DNA of 32,000 nt from the NCBI GenBank assembly GCA_000953435.1, contig LM655252.1, forward strand, positions 325,499 through 357,498. Direction: 5' to 3'. Position numbers and translations under genes: made by a program. The notes under the pieces are model-generated. The model saw only the letters and a list, made by a program, of their open reading frames with translations. It did no database searches and was not told the origin of the DNA. Shown here piece after piece: positions 31,340-32,000 of the stretch. This DNA comes from Candidatus Johnevansia muelleri (GTDB taxonomy: Bacteria; Pseudomonadota; Gammaproteobacteria; Johnevansiales; Johnevansiaceae). Each line of letters begins with the position of its first letter. The stretch's first letter is position 1.

Positions 31340-31980
31340 AAGTAACTGATAATTCTAATAAAGAAGTCAATGAGTCTGGTGAAGTAACTGATAATTCTAA
31401 TAAAGAAGTCAATGAGTCTGGTGAAGTAACTGATAATTCTAATAAAGAAGTCAATGAGTCTGATGAGTCTGATGAGTGGGGGAGTGATAATGAATTAATG
31501 ATTATGGAAAATAATTTTATAAAGAAAGAAAGTTTAATTAATCGTATTACTGATCTGGAATTAGATTTAGAAATATCAAAAGATAAAGCACAAAATATTA
31601 TTAAAGATGCAAATAATTTATGTAGAATAGCATCAGAAGAAGTTAACAAAATTAAAAATTTTGGTTTAATTAATTTTATTAAAAATTTAATACCTGCTAT
31701 TGATAGTTTAGAAAAATCTATTGAAAATATAAAAGAAAATAATAATTTAATAGAAGGTTTAAAATTAATATTAAAAATTCAAATAGATTTATTAAAAAAA
31801 GAAGGTGTAAATATTTTAAATCCTTTACTAGAACCGTTTAATCCTAATTATCATGAAGCAATGACTTTAATTACTAATTTATCAGTAGAACCTAATATAA
31901 TTGTTGATGTCTTACAAAAAGGGTATATTTTAAATGGTCGTTTAATAAGACCAGCTTTAGTTATTGTAAATAAACATTAA
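31324..31980 (+). CDS. grpE: Nucleotide exchange factor GrpE (218 aa) with a repeat-expanded acidic N-terminus
   Basis: The C-terminal half is GrpE-like (FGLINFIKNLIPAIDSLEKSI, FNPNYHEAM, VLQKGYILNGRLIRPALVIV). The N-terminus carries 3 x EVTDNSNKEVNESG. Confidence 0.92.
   Translation: MKTNNEVTDNSNKEVNESGEVTDNSNKEVNESGEVTDNSNKEVNESDESDEWGSDNELMIMENNFIKKESLINRITDLELDLEISKDKAQNIIKDANNLCRIASEEVNKIKNFGLINFIKNLIPAIDSLEKSIENIKENNNLIEGLKLILKIQIDLLKKEGVNILNPLLEPFNPNYHEAMTLITNLSVEPNIIVDVLQKGYILNGRLIRPALVIVNKH
31339..31473 (+). repeat. In-frame tandem repeat of 3 x 42 bp (third copy has one G->A change), followed by 2 x 9 bp (gagtctgat)
   Basis: gaagtaactgataattctaataaagaagtcaatgagtctggt occurs at 31339-31380 and 31381-31422. 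The third copy at 31423-31464 ends in gat. gagtctgat occurs at 31456-31464 and 31465-31473. Confidence 0.95.
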
Positions 31981-32000
31981 TTATAATTAAGGAAATTAAT

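Noticed and set aside
31339-31473. The 42-bp repeats as a CRISPR array or mobile-element terminus
   Set aside because: The copies are directly abutting with no spacers. They are in frame inside a conserved CDS, and no cas or transposase genes are nearby. This is a coding tandem repeat.
31305-31649. A 114-aa ORF antisense to grpE with its own SLTSLLELSVTSPD repeats
   Set aside because: The repeats are simply the reverse complement of the grpE 42-bp tandem repeat. The sense frame continues into a clearly conserved GrpE C-terminal domain, whereas the antisense product has no recognisable family.

Overview
The window is very A+T-rich by eye (composition not computed) and almost wall-to-wall housekeeping genes. 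This is the profile of a strongly reduced, host-restricted proteobacterial symbiont genome. I can support 27 protein-coding genes: recC (partial), aspS, a truncated yebC, ruvC, ychF, pth, rplY, prs, prfA, gatBAC, tldD, pmbA, hisG, hisD, zapE, rplM, rpsI, rsmH, a degenerate coaE, gyrA, pheA, aroA, rpsA, groESL, glyA, smpB and grpE. There are also four structured-RNA genes, which stand out as G+C islands: tRNA-Ser(UGA), elongator tRNA-Met(CAU), RNase P RNA and tmRNA. The genetic code is standard: TGA ends ruvC and tldD at their homologous C-termini, and Trp is TGG. Gene order follows blocks that I recall from non-enteric gamma- and betaproteobacteria, with intervening genes missing; lineage assignment beyond Proteobacteria is inference. 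I see no mobile element, CRISPR array, defence or toxin locus, or unexplained multi-gene island. The longest non-coding stretch is about 394 bp (30930-31323). I therefore do not claim a novel system. The observations worth a second look are genome-erosion and micro-evolution signals. They include a 79-aa N-terminal-only YebC translationally coupled to ruvC and a CoaE homolog with a destroyed Walker A motif where the division/cell-wall cluster would be expected. RNase P RNA and tmRNA are packed a few nucleotides from neighbouring genes, and two convergent tRNAs have 3' ends 1 nt apart. grpE carries a perfect 3 x 42-bp in-frame tandem repeat, and its leader and start codon are duplicated 120 bp upstream.
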